Source: Candidatus Omnitrophica bacterium UBA6253 (GTDB lineage: Bacteria; Omnitrophota; Gorgyraeia; Gygaellales; Profunditerraquicolaceae). Taken from it: DNA of 64,000 nucleotides. Each line of letters starts with the position of its first letter. Within the stretch, counting starts at the first letter, position 1. Of the stretch, positions 1 through 10,160 are shown one piece after another. The stretch is taken from positions 325,504 to 389,503 of the forward strand of contig DJVP01000012.1 in the NCBI GenBank assembly GCA_002441245.1, given 5' to 3'. Made by a program: the position numbers and the translations under genes. The notes below the pieces were generated by a model. That model saw only the letters and a program-made list of their open reading frames with translations, was not told where the DNA came from and did no database searches.

Positions 1-1027
1 ATTGTGTCCATTCTTTGTTTAAGATAACCGGACCGATACTGGCGCTATCTGAATCCGAGAATTCACCCATAATTCCACCGACCTTAAACTCTTCAATACG
101 CTCTGTACCATTTACACCGCGCGCCCAGAAGGTCAGCTTGGAAGCCTTGGAAAGATCAAACCCTGCATCAAGATTCCCCCAGTTATTCGCCGGATTTTGC
201 CAAAAGATCCCTGCCCAGCGTGCGCCTTGCGTGGCTTTTCCGCTGTAGATTATCTTAATGCAGGTATCCCCTAAATAGGCATCATCCTTTGAAGAACCAT
301 CGTATTTTATGTCTCCATAATCACCCATCCAGCCGGAAGGAATAAAATGATTGGCTAAAGATGAGCGATCGGCATAAACATAGAATGGCATAGCCTGTTG
401 TTTTTTACCCTCTGGCTTTAAAGTCGGATCGGCCTCAAATTTTATATCATCAATATAAAACGTGGCCCCTTCAGGATTTAAATCAGCGGTAGTAGTCCAC
501 CCAAAAGCACCATTGATATAAGAAAGATCCTTGCCTACCAGGTTAACCGCATATTGTTTCCAGGTATCGGTTAACTCAATAGGGCCCATTTCAACTACTG
601 CAGAATCAGGATATGTCCCTTTGATCCCGCCAATCATTATCTTTTGGATTACCTCGCCGCCTTTTGCTCCGCGTGCCCAAAAGGTAAGCTTAGTCATTCC
701 GGTCAGGTCAAACCCGCCCTTTTTGTTTCCCCAGTTATTCGCAGGATTCTGCCAATAAACTCCGGCCCAACCCTGAGCTTGTGATTTCTTGGCACTATAA
801 ACAAACTGGATGCTAGTTGTGCCGCTATGCGGATTCTCTGCTGCCTGATCATTCATTTTAATATCGCCGTAATCACCCATCCAGCCGGAAGGAATATAAT
901 GGTTGTCTTTTGCATTCCTGTCTAAGAAAACCACAAACTCCTTGGAGCTGGCAGTCTTATCTTGAGCCATAACAGCTACCGGAGCCGCAAGGACCAAGGC
1001 TAAGATCACTACCAATAACTTTTTCAT
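1..1027 (-). CDS. Secreted protein with two tandem ~160-aa repeats. Possibly carbohydrate-binding beta-sandwich. Its 3' end runs off the window start.
   Basis: ATG at 1027-1025 on the minus strand, preceded by a strong SD (rc of 1031-1038 = GGAGGTG, 5-nt spacer). Translation is MKKLLVVILALVLAAPVAVMAQDK... (signal peptide) followed by two repeats. Each repeat contains FIPSGWMGDYGDIK ... GWAGV(I)YWQNPANNWGN ... GFDL ... KLTFWARG. The frame is open to position 1. Confidence 0.55.
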   Translation of the reverse strand, partial: MKKLLVVILALVLAAPVAVMAQDKTASSKEFVVFLDRNAKDNHYIPSGWMGDYGDIKMNDQAAENPHSGTTSIQFVYSAKKSQAQGWAGVYWQNPANNWGNKKGGFDLTGMTKLTFWARGAKGGEVIQKIMIGGIKGTYPDSAVVEMGPIELTDTWKQYAVNLVGKDLSYINGAFGWTTTADLNPEGATFYIDDIKFEADPTLKPEGKKQQAMPFYVYADRSSLANHFIPSGWMGDYGDIKYDGSSKDDAYLGDTCIKIIYSGKATQGARWAGIFWQNPANNWGNLDAGFDLSKASKLTFWARGVNGTERIEEFKVGGIMGEFSDSDSASIGPVILNKEWTQ

Positions 1028-1118
1028 CTCCACACCTCCTATTTTCAATGAGCACTTGACTTACGAATACGCCAGTACGAATAAATCAATGTGCAAGTTT
1101 ATCCTGCCTAATATACCT

Positions 1119-3392
1119 TCATTTCCACTTCTTCTGATACATATAATAAGACTTACGCAATTGCCTTAAAAATGGGCTTAATTTCCCATTACCCTGGCCA
1201 GCCATACCGAGCCACTCTTCATGCATATATCCATCAGGAAACGGACCGGCCCATAAACCTTTATAGTCATGGATAGACGGCTCATAAGCCTTCCACCATT
1301 CATCTAACCATTCAAAGACTACTCCGCCTAAAGCATTACCAACGCCGGAAGAAAAGGCCATGTTATTCTGGATATCTTCCCAGGAACCTAGATGGTACTG
1401 CGCTTGCAACTCTTCGGATTCATCGACATTTTTTCCCTCTGCATAAGCCGGGCAGCCAAATTCAGTAATGAATGCAGGCTTTCCCGTCTCCTCTCTAACT
1501 TGACTCCAGAAAGCGCCAAACCCGTAGTCTCCGCGGTAGGCATTGGTGCCGAATATGTCGATATCCGGGGAATTCTTACCAAATTTATCCAGGAATAGAA
1601 TATCACCGCTGCATATGGCTACAGGATGGTCCGGGTCAATAGACTTTATTACCTTGGCCGCCTCATTGGCAAACTTAAAGAATGCATCCGGATCTTCGTT
1701 GGCATTGCAGGCATAGCCATAGACATTTTCATTTCCCAAAAGCCAGAACAGGACATAAGGCTCATCCTTAAACTCATTGACCATCTGCCTTACCGACTCA
1801 ATCATATTCTTTTTGTGCGTTTCATTGTTATAATCGGTACCCGGATTCCACTGTGCACCTGAACCGATAGCGTATTTACCAAGAAAATCTCCGATGATCA
1901 CCCTGATACCGTAAGTCTTACAGAGGTCGCGCATTAATTCTTTGTTTATCTTCAAAGGATGGTGATAAAGACGGATAGTATTTACCCCCATATCCTGCAT
2001 TAATTTAAAATCCCCGGTTGCCGGCTCATCCTTATCCTGCAGATTATTCCTATTCTTATCCACAAAGGCGTCATACGGACCGTCAATCTTGCCGTTCTTA
2101 TTGAAATCTTCCTCCATCCAATTCCCCTGGGTGCCGTCATCCGGAGATTGGCCTACCTTGGTAGGCGCATAGGTGATGCCTTTAATAATATACGGTTTAT
2201 CTTCCACCAGTAATTGCCAATCCCCGTTATTGTATTGCACAAGCCGTACCTTGCCTTTACCGACTTTCTTCTTTACGCCTGAAGATTCAGCAGTAGGCTT
2301 AATCTTTGCCGCCTCCTGAGCCAAATCAACCTTGATAAATTTTCCCGGGTTAGTTACCGCAATATCATTTAAAATATCATTATCAAAACCATTAAGTATC
2401 CTGATCTCGGCGCCTTCCAGTTTATAGCCTAACTGCGGGTTGCGCCTTAAGAGAAAATTTATTTTGGCAATTGCTGCCACACCTACATACCATGGGGTAT
2501 GCCAATAAGTCCAACCGTAACTTCCCGGAAAATGCACGACAATAGAATAATAACATTTTATTGCCTGAGTAATAAGGCCTGCCCGCTCAAGGATCAAGCC
2601 GGTACAGAATAATCTTACCCCCTGAGGCTCACTTGAGGTCGTCCATTTTACAAATGCCGCCTGCAGGTCAGGAGAATAAAGAAAATCCCAGGCATCCCCT
2701 TCCAAACGCTTATCTTTAATTACCTGTTTAAAAATCGGGTCCTTCCTGATTGAGCTGCTATTAGGATAAACACCCTCCCCTACCGCATCCATTAAACCCG
2801 CCTGGTCTATAACTACATATTGATAATCCCTGGTCCCGACATTCTTAAACTCTCCGTATTTTGTATAATCAACAAAGCTCTCTTTACCAGGATCAAATAA
2901 AACCAACTTTGTCGGCAATTGGCTAACCTTTTTCTTTTGCTCCACTTCAATGGAACCGGTTTCTATCTTTTTTATACTTTGTTCCGCAGCCAGCCTTATT
3001 GACCAGAACCAACCGCGTGGATCCCATGCCTGGCCATAAGAATATTTATCCATAATCAACCTGAATATTTTCTTGGCCTCATCCATTTTCTCCTGACGCA
3101 TCAGGCTTTCCGCCTGGATAAAATAACAAGTAGCAACATCATTTAAAGCCTGCACCGCCTCAATCTCTTTTCTATTCTTAGGCAAACTGCCTAAAGAAGC
3201 CTGTTGTTTATCCGCCTGTTGTTTATAAAGATCAATGCATTCCTGAGTATATTTAAAAGTTGCCTCCACATCCTTTTTGCCATGGGCAATCCAGGCCTTA
3301 GTAGTCAATTCACCGGAAGCAGGTTTATCCTCGGCAAAAACAATACCAGCATTTAAAGCTAAAAAAACTATTAATAATAAATATTTACGCAT
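1119..3392 (-). CDS. Secreted glycoside hydrolase, clan GH-A TIM barrel (GH2/GH5-like), with an N-terminal helical region.
   Basis: 757-aa ORF with signal peptide MRKYLLLIVFLALNAGIVFAEDK. Acid/base-type motif LLGNENVYGY (NEN) and nucleophile-type FITEFGCP (TEFG). TIRLYHHP resembles the GH2/GH5 strand-3 motif. It is the last gene of the sugar ABC operon. Confidence 0.55.
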   Translation of the reverse strand: MRKYLLLIVFLALNAGIVFAEDKPASGELTTKAWIAHGKKDVEATFKYTQECIDLYKQQADKQQASLGSLPKNRKEIEAVQALNDVATCYFIQAESLMRQEKMDEAKKIFRLIMDKYSYGQAWDPRGWFWSIRLAAEQSIKKIETGSIEVEQKKKVSQLPTKLVLFDPGKESFVDYTKYGEFKNVGTRDYQYVVIDQAGLMDAVGEGVYPNSSSIRKDPIFKQVIKDKRLEGDAWDFLYSPDLQAAFVKWTTSSEPQGVRLFCTGLILERAGLITQAIKCYYSIVVHFPGSYGWTYWHTPWYVGVAAIAKINFLLRRNPQLGYKLEGAEIRILNGFDNDILNDIAVTNPGKFIKVDLAQEAAKIKPTAESSGVKKKVGKGKVRLVQYNNGDWQLLVEDKPYIIKGITYAPTKVGQSPDDGTQGNWMEEDFNKNGKIDGPYDAFVDKNRNNLQDKDEPATGDFKLMQDMGVNTIRLYHHPLKINKELMRDLCKTYGIRVIIGDFLGKYAIGSGAQWNPGTDYNNETHKKNMIESVRQMVNEFKDEPYVLFWLLGNENVYGYACNANEDPDAFFKFANEAAKVIKSIDPDHPVAICSGDILFLDKFGKNSPDIDIFGTNAYRGDYGFGAFWSQVREETGKPAFITEFGCPAYAEGKNVDESEELQAQYHLGSWEDIQNNMAFSSGVGNALGGVVFEWLDEWWKAYEPSIHDYKGLWAGPFPDGYMHEEWLGMAGQGNGKLSPFLRQLRKSYYMYQKKWK

Positions 3393-4240
3393 TAACCTAC
3401 TACTGCCCCCTGGGTAACCCCTTTGACAATATATTTTTGCATCAATAGATAAACTATAATAATAGGTAAGGCAGTAATGGTTAATCCTGCCATTAACAGC
3501 GGATAATTAGTAACGAATTCACCCTGAAAGGTCTGCAAGGCCACCTGAAGCGGCATAAACTGCCGGTTATCGAAGATAATCAAGGCCAGGATATATTCAT
3601 TCCATACAGCCAGGGCGTTAAACACAACTACCACTGCCAATACCGGTTTGGCAAGTGGCAAGGCAACATGCCACCAGATCCCGATCTTAGAACAGCCGTC
3701 AATGCGCGCGGCATCCTCCAGCTCCTTAGGCATCTTATCAAAAAATGTTTTAAGTAAGAATATACTTGTAGAAAGCCCCACGTTAATCATACACAATATG
3801 TAACCGATGGGGGTATTTCTTAAATGCAGTTTATTTAATAAGACATACAGGGCGACGAAGCTCCCCGGAATAGGAATCATCATTGCCGCCATGAACATAA
3901 TAAACAAAAACTTGCTTCCCATAAATTTCAGCCGGCTAAAAGCATAAGCAGCCATAGAAGAAATTATTACGATTCCGAAAACTACTGATACAGTATAAAT
4001 AATACTGTTGAAAAAATTACGGCCAAAACCTCCCTCTTTCCAGGCCAGGACATAATTCTCCAGACGGAATTGATGCGGGATCAAAGAAATATCCTTAAAA
4101 ATCATATCCTGGGTTTTAAGGCTTGAGACAATCATCCAAAGCAAAGGATACAGACAAGTTACAGAAACACTGAGTAAGAAAATATGTATCAGCGTGTTTA
4201 TTGCAACTTTTTTACTCTTATAATAAAACGCGTGCTTCAT
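3392..4240 (-). CDS. Carbohydrate ABC transporter permease (MalG/UgpE-like).
   Basis: 282 aa with multiple TM helices. EAA loop: LEDAARIDGCSKIGIWWHVALPLAKP. The start overlaps the stop of the downstream GH gene by 1 nt. Confidence 0.8.
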   Translation of the reverse strand: MKHAFYYKSKKVAINTLIHIFLLSVSVTCLYPLLWMIVSSLKTQDMIFKDISLIPHQFRLENYVLAWKEGGFGRNFFNSIIYTVSVVFGIVIISSMAAYAFSRLKFMGSKFLFIMFMAAMMIPIPGSFVALYVLLNKLHLRNTPIGYILCMINVGLSTSIFLLKTFFDKMPKELEDAARIDGCSKIGIWWHVALPLAKPVLAVVVVFNALAVWNEYILALIIFDNRQFMPLQVALQTFQGEFVTNYPLLMAGLTITALPIIIVYLLMQKYIVKGVTQGAVVG

Positions 4241-4245
4241 TTTAG

Positions 4246-5124
4246 CTAATGGCCTTTCTTTGAAAAACGATATTGAATAAATGAAATTGCAACCAGCACC
4301 ATGCCGAAAGTAATCCCTTGCGCGCAGGCATAACCAAAACGCGATGAGCCGCGCATGGAAGCCAGGATCCTTAAAACCGGCACTGACGTATGGCCGGCGA
4401 ATTCACCTCCCACAAGACTGACAATTAACACAAATACCTGCATGGTACCTAACACTGTAAGAATAGCAACCAGCACCATAACCGGGACCATCAAAGGCAT
4501 AGTTATTTTCTTAAATGACTGCCAGGCGCTGGCTCCATCCACGCGGGCAGCCTCATAAAGCTCGCGCGGAATAGTCTGCAGGCCGGCAAGAAAAATAAGG
4601 AACCCCCAACCAAACCCTTTCCAGCAATGCACTAAGGCAACAGTAGTAAGAGCGGTATTCGGGTCAGATAACCAATTGTGTGCCAGATTGCCAAACCCCA
4701 TGCCGATAAGCATACGATTAATAATATTTGCCCCATCAATATCATTGATGATAAAACGCCAAGCCATACCAACGACTACTTCTGATAGAACCGGGGGAAT
4801 AAAAAAGATTACCCGGTAAAAATTCTTCATTCTTATTTCACGATCACATGCCAAGGCAAGCATAAAAGCCAGGATATTTTGAAAGGTAAGCGCAATCAAA
4901 GTAATATAGGAAGCATTCCACATTGACTGCCACCAGTTGCTATCTTGCAGGAATATCTCTTTAAAATTCTGCAGCCCCACGAATACTCTGGTAAAAGAAA
5001 TCCCATCCCATTCAAACATCCCCAGCTGAAAAACCCAAATAAATGGAATGATGTAAAAAACGGAGAATATAGTTACTGCGGGCAATACAAAAGTATAATT
5101 TTCTATTGCATCCCTTATTTTCAT
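4246..5124 (-). CDS. Carbohydrate ABC transporter permease (MalF/UgpA-like).
   Basis: 292 aa. EAA motif: LYEAARVDGASAWQSFKKITMPLMVP. There is a 4-nt overlap with the upstream SBP gene. Confidence 0.8.
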   Translation of the reverse strand: MKIRDAIENYTFVLPAVTIFSVFYIIPFIWVFQLGMFEWDGISFTRVFVGLQNFKEIFLQDSNWWQSMWNASYITLIALTFQNILAFMLALACDREIRMKNFYRVIFFIPPVLSEVVVGMAWRFIINDIDGANIINRMLIGMGFGNLAHNWLSDPNTALTTVALVHCWKGFGWGFLIFLAGLQTIPRELYEAARVDGASAWQSFKKITMPLMVPVMVLVAILTVLGTMQVFVLIVSLVGGEFAGHTSVPVLRILASMRGSSRFGYACAQGITFGMVLVAISFIQYRFSKKGH

Positions 5125-6419
5125 TTCGCTCTTTTCTTGGCCATTTCACGCTCCTTGATCTTCTGTACGTCGCTGGCTACCTGCTCAGGCGATTTCTCTC
5201 CGATAATAATTGACTGGATGCCCCGGTCAAAAGCTTCTATTACCAAAGAAAACTCTGAAACACCCCAGACATTAGGATGAGTAGCGTAATCCATGCCCCG
5301 GGCAAATTGAGCAAGTATCTCCGGGATTTTGGTTAAGCTGTTTTTATTGGCAGGCAAATTGTTGGTAGCCTGTGCCAAATAAGCCTGCTGGTCCTGGTCG
5401 GTCAGCCAAATTAAAAACTTTACCACTTCCTCCTTATTCTTAGAACGGGCATTGACCATAAAAGAAGACCCTGCCCCGCCCCAAATAGCCATAGGGTATT
5501 GGCTGGATGCTGCCGGAGGAAGCATTGCTCCATACTCAAGACTAGGATTCATCCCTTTATAAACATTCACGCACCATGAACCGTTAAAAGCAAACACAGC
5601 TTTTTCATTGGCAAAAATCTGCTCCGCTGATTTATTAATCATCGTTACCAGGCCCTTTGCTAAAACACCGGAATCCTGCATTCGTTTAAAAATAGAAAAT
5701 ACCTTAACCCAGTCCGGATCAGTATAGGCGACCTCGCCTCTTATTGTAGCCAATACCTTATCTTTACCCATAATATTAAAAGCGTAGTTGTTCGCCAGGC
5801 AATCAATCATCCAGACCTCGCCCCATCCGGAAACCAACCCCTGCATCCCGGCAGCACGAATTTTAACACCGATATCCAGAAATTCCTGGAGAGTTTTAGG
5901 GGGCCGGTTAGGATTTAAACCCAGTTGTTCAAAAAGTTTTTTGTTATAAACCATCTGGATAGTCATAATATCTATAGGCACACCGAATATGCCGGGTTTT
6001 ATACCATAGCTATTCCCCGGGCCGAATTCATTTACCGCCAATGCCTTGGGAAAGAAATTATTCTTCCAATTACTATTATTAGCTTCCATATAAGAGGTAA
6101 TATCCAGGATATGGCCGGCTTTAATGAACGAAGCGAAATCCCGTTTCTCTCCTAAGATACCAAAGACATCCGGAAGGTTCGTGCCTTGCGCTGCAGCGCG
6201 AATCTTCTGCGAATAAGCATCCGAGGGAGCATAAAGTTCAAAGTTAACTTTTACCCCGGTTAAGGCTTCATATTTTTTCGCCAGTTCTTGGAAAGCTGGA
6301 TCACGGTCAGTCATCCAATGCCAGACTGAAATGGAGGGTTTTGAATCAACGCTTACAGGACAACATCCTGAGATAACAAATAATAAAAATAAAATAATAC
6401 CTAAACCTCTACGCCGCAT
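5121..6419 (-). CDS. Sugar ABC transporter extracellular solute-binding lipoprotein (family 1 SBP).
   Basis: The track ORF is 5121-6500. The likelier start is the internal ATG at 6419-6417 (MRRRGLGIILFLLFVISGC, with lipobox LFVISG-C). That ATG is preceded by SD GGAAGGAG (rc of 6426-6433) with a 7-nt spacer. The SBP_bac_1-like body is ...WHWMTDRDPAFQELAKKYEALTGVKVNFELY... Confidence 0.75.
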   Translation of the reverse strand: MRRRGLGIILFLLFVISGCCPVSVDSKPSISVWHWMTDRDPAFQELAKKYEALTGVKVNFELYAPSDAYSQKIRAAAQGTNLPDVFGILGEKRDFASFIKAGHILDITSYMEANNSNWKNNFFPKALAVNEFGPGNSYGIKPGIFGVPIDIMTIQMVYNKKLFEQLGLNPNRPPKTLQEFLDIGVKIRAAGMQGLVSGWGEVWMIDCLANNYAFNIMGKDKVLATIRGEVAYTDPDWVKVFSIFKRMQDSGVLAKGLVTMINKSAEQIFANEKAVFAFNGSWCVNVYKGMNPSLEYGAMLPPAASSQYPMAIWGGAGSSFMVNARSKNKEEVVKFLIWLTDQDQQAYLAQATNNLPANKNSLTKIPEILAQFARGMDYATHPNVWGVSEFSLVIEAFDRGIQSIIIGEKSPEQVASDVQKIKEREMAKKRAK

Positions 6420-6484
6420 CCTTATACTCCTTCCGTTTATCGTGGGGGATTTACCCCTTGGGGATAGATTATAAAAAGACGTAA

Positions 6485-6519
6485 TGTTAAAATTTAACAT
6501 ATTTTAATGCTCTGGTCAA
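6485..6519 (-). promoter_or_regulatory. Candidate sigma70 promoter plus a palindromic operator upstream of the sugar ABC operon.
   Basis: On the minus strand: TTGACC (rc of 6514-6519), 17-nt spacer, then TAAATT (rc of 6491-6496). A perfect 8+8 palindrome ATGTTAAA.TTTAACAT at 6485-6500 overlaps the -10. Confidence 0.4.
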
Positions 6520-6538
6520 GTTCTTTTGTTTGAAAAAA

Positions 6539-7231
6539 TCAGGATCTAAGGACACGGGAGATACCCATTAGATCCGCCTTCTCTAATTCTACTCCTAATT
6601 TATAGTTATTTACCCCTTCCGACTTTTCCCAAACCACCTTACCCCTGGTATACAAAGACTCCCCCTGATTTTTCATTTCCAGCCAAATCTCCAAAGCAGC
6701 AGGCAGCCTTAACTCCTCACTGGCTGACAAGCCTAACCCCTTGGCACTGACATCCTGGATCTTAGCTAAACCCTCCTCTCCTGTATCCGGATTCAAATAC
6801 CGGGCAGAGATGTTCACTGGAAATCTCTCAAAAATCCGATGATCGTTCATATTATCACCTCCTTTCTCAAGTTTCTTTTCATCCGGCCACCATTTTTCTT
6901 TTATCTCATTGTGGCAATATTTGTTTAGAAAATTATAGATCTTATCCTTATCAGCATCCCGGATTTTATCAAAATAAATACCGTAATGGTTTACCCCGTT
7001 AAAAACCTTGTGCCAAGCAATCCAGACTTCAGCATCTACAGTGCAATCTTCATAAAGCCGCAGATTTATTCTAAGTGCGGCATCTTCCGGAAGCTTGGTA
7101 TTTAAAACAATCCTCGCCCCCTTATAGCTAATGTCTTTAATCTGACAGGGCAACTCCCCGGGGAGCTGCTCCAGCTTAAGCCTGCCTTGCTGTTTTACCT
7201 GATATCTAACATATCTTCTATGTTCCTGCAT
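6539..7231 (-). CDS. Tandem PilZ-domain protein (putative c-di-GMP receptor).
   Basis: Two PilZ signatures are present. The first is RRYVRYQV...DISYKGARI. The second is RIFERFPV...DVSAKGLGL. These match the RxxxR and D/NxSxxG motifs. Confidence 0.65.
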   Translation of the reverse strand: MQEHRRYVRYQVKQQGRLKLEQLPGELPCQIKDISYKGARIVLNTKLPEDAALRINLRLYEDCTVDAEVWIAWHKVFNGVNHYGIYFDKIRDADKDKIYNFLNKYCHNEIKEKWWPDEKKLEKGGDNMNDHRIFERFPVNISARYLNPDTGEEGLAKIQDVSAKGLGLSASEELRLPAALEIWLEMKNQGESLYTRGKVVWEKSEGVNNYKLGVELEKADLMGISRVLRS

Positions 7232-7257
7232 TTATGCACCTCTCCGCCACTGTCCGG

Positions 7258-7587
7258 TTAATTCACTGGAAGATTATTCTTAACATGTTCGCTTATCCAG
7301 CTTATTGCCGATTCCTCAATCCTGTTAAAAGAAAGCCCATAGATATTCTTTTCATAGGCGTTATCATGCCAGGCTACGTGCGCCCCCATGTCAAATACTA
7401 AACCTTCAGTCAAGGCCAGCCTGAAACTTGAAAAGGCCTCATGAAAAAGGTCCCTGCTTAAAGAAATCTTCATTCCGGAAGTGCTTATATCTTCCACTGT
7501 ACAAGGAATAGAGCTAATGCCACCATCAAAAACCAACCCTGCCTCTTTATCAAGTTGCCACCGTGCTACCTGCCTACGCTCTTGCAT
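7258..7587 (-). CDS. PilZ-domain protein.
   Basis: 109 aa with RRQVARWQL...EDISTSGMKI. SD AAGGAGGGGA lies immediately upstream (rc of 7590-7600). Confidence 0.6.
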   Translation of the reverse strand: MQERRQVARWQLDKEAGLVFDGGISSIPCTVEDISTSGMKISLSRDLFHEAFSSFRLALTEGLVFDMGAHVAWHDNAYEKNIYGLSFNRIEESAISWISEHVKNNLPVN

Positions 7588-7679
7588 ATCCCCTCCTTAT
7601 CTAATTCACTTGATACCTAACATGCTGATATAAGGGAAGTTAACAATATTATCCCTTACTTTATTAAATTGTCCACTGA

Positions 7680-10160
7680 TTATTTTAAACCTGCTTCCCT
7701 CATTTTTACCATAGCCTTAACCAATACCTGCCTTACTTCTCCTTCTCCAATCTTAAGGCTTCCGGCAATATCTTTAACATCCATACCTGAAACTTCAACA
7801 GCTATTACTATATCTTTCTCCAAGCTGGTAAGCCTGCTAAATGCATCGGCAACTAAATGGTTTCCAAAACTTCCACCTTTTAAATCTATTATGTCTATAA
7901 GCTCATATTCACTCAAGGCAGTTCTATCCGGCAAAACATCCTTTAAGCTAAACCCCGCAGAATTCGATTCTTCATCAATAGACTTCTGCTTAAAAGAAAG
8001 TTTGTTATTTTCTTTTCTCATTTTAACAAAGAACCTATTCAGCTCCTTTCGTACATAATCTTCAAAATCCGTCCTGAGATTAGAATCAATGCCCGCATAT
8101 TCATCCAGGATATCATACATATATAATATGCCTTCTTGGATTAATTCTTCAATATACCCGTTTTGCGGATTAGCATAATGAGCGGCTACTTCCTTTACCA
8201 GCCAGATATAAGCCTCGATAAATATAGTCCTCGCTTCAAAATTACCACATTTTATTTCATCCAAAAGCCCCAATTGCCGACTTTGTTCAAGATGCGTTTT
8301 TTCATTATAATAATCTTTAATGGTAAAAGGCACTCTTTCGGGAAGCTTTTCTTTGGATATGGCGATCCTCTGCAAACAATATTCAATATAATCCTGTGCC
8401 AAAACAACAATTTCATTTAAGGGGTGAGCCAACCGTATAACCTTATTAAATTCTGCAAGTGCGCGCTTATATCTTTTTTTGGAAATATGTTCTTCCGCCC
8501 GGGCGAATCTGGATTCTATCTCTTTAGATTTTTTTATCTCGTCGTAATGCTTAAGATACGCATTGGTAGATTCCAGAATTTCTCCCGCTGCAGGATCGTC
8601 AATAAACTTGTCTTTAAGCCCTCTTGATACATTTTTGAATATTTTAACAGCTTCAATTAATTTATCTTTTGAAAATAAATCTATGCCCAGATCATAAAGT
8701 CCTTTTAAATTAAATAGCCTTTCCTGGCGTGCAGCTTCGATTTTCCAGGCATGCCTGTCAGCCTTAAAAATACTCCGGCAGTGATCAATATAAATCCTGG
8801 CTTCCCGGGCAAGGTTAATTTCTTCAACTATAGGCACTTTTCTTTTACTTTTAATATAGATTATTCTGGAAAATAATCTTTGCGCTTCTTTATATTTAGT
8901 TTGAGCAAACAACTCTTTGGCCTGGGCATAAAGCCTGCGCGGTTCCTCCATCCTGGAATCATTCCTTAGCCTGGACTTAATGAGCATTTCCCGGCGGATG
9001 CTTTTTCTTACATCAATCACTAAGGGTTCATTATCCAAATTAAATATATAGTTACCTTCTCTATCCTTAATGAACTTGAGAAAGGCCGGCTTGCCGGCAA
9101 TAAATTTTGCTTCTACCCTGGCCAGGGGATAAAGATAAAACCAGCCCCAGTAATTCATAAGATTAAATATGCCACGATTATCCAGGCCTATTTCCGAGGC
9201 TATATAATCTAAAACCTGATTGCCAGCACAATCTACCAGTTTATCGTTGCTCCATCTTTCAAAAACATTGAACATCTCGCCTTTAGCGAACGAATCTTCG
9301 GAGCTATCCTTGGCAGCTTTATACATTAAAGACAACCTTTTCGTAGTTAAAATTTTACCATCTTCAAAGACATCTGCCCCTACGATAAAGGCCTTTTTAC
9401 CTGAAGGATTACGGATATCAAAAATATTTACTCTCTTATAGCTATATTTAGGGCCAAAATCTATCCAGTTTTCCCTCCCGCCTATATTTAAAGAGCCGTC
9501 CTTACTTAAAGGATAATTGTGAATTTCGTATCTTTCATTCAACATATTAAATTCTTCTTCAAAACCTAATTCCACAAAAGACATTGTATAGAATTGCTTT
9601 TCTTTATTCCAAATAAGTGAGAATTCAACATCTAAATCTGAATCTAAAGAGGTAACTCTTCTGACCAATCCGTCTATAACCAAAATTTTTACTCTTTCGT
9701 TGGGATTCTTGTAAAACTTTGCCCAGCGTCTTTTATTTTTGGTCATACTGCCGTCAACAAACGGCCTTCCTCCGCCTATCCATAAACCGCCATCCTTATC
9801 CAGGCAGCCATAAACAGTGACATTTTTGAACTGCGCTAATTTATTGCGTTTTATCTTTTCTAAATACACATCTATTGTCTCCTGGGTAAAATTATCTATT
9901 ATCGGAAAAAATTCCTTGGAAGTGTTGTCTTTAGTCAATAAAATTCTCTGCGGGAAGCCACCCTTTATCTCCAGCAAATATCCGGATTTGTCATAAGCAG
10001 TAAACCTCCCCCAATACTTACCCAACATTAATCTTCCCCCGTTAGCCAATACCCCTCTTATAACCACATGGCCTAATTTCTTTAATTCCTCCAAACTAAT
10101 ATTATAAGGCAGATCACTTTTGTTAATAACCGTAAAAGATGAAAAATACGAAAGATGCTC
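7680..10160 (-). other. Module BA (~827 aa): C-terminal module. Beta-rich and helical/TPR-like region followed by a sigma-70-family (group 3/ECF-like) domain at ~7680-8250.
   Basis: Region 2: IFIEAYIWLVKEVAAHYANPQNGYIEELIQEGILYMYDILDEY. Region 4: LTSLEKDIVIAVEVSGMDVKDIAGSLKIGEGEVRQVLVKAMVKMRE. TAA stop at 7682-7680. Confidence 0.55.

Noticed and set aside
7588-7679. Possible promoter or terminator in the 92-nt gap between the giant ORF stop and the PilZ gene.
   Set aside because: No convincing hairpin followed by a U-run is present. The -35/-10 candidates (TTGTTA ... TATATC) are weak and poorly spaced. It is left unannotated.
7669-8058. Plus-strand ORF 7669-8058 (129 aa) overlapping the giant ORF stop.
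   Set aside because: It lies antisense to the sigma-domain coding region. The translation is low-complexity (SLIFTIALTNTCLTSPSP...). There is no RBS.
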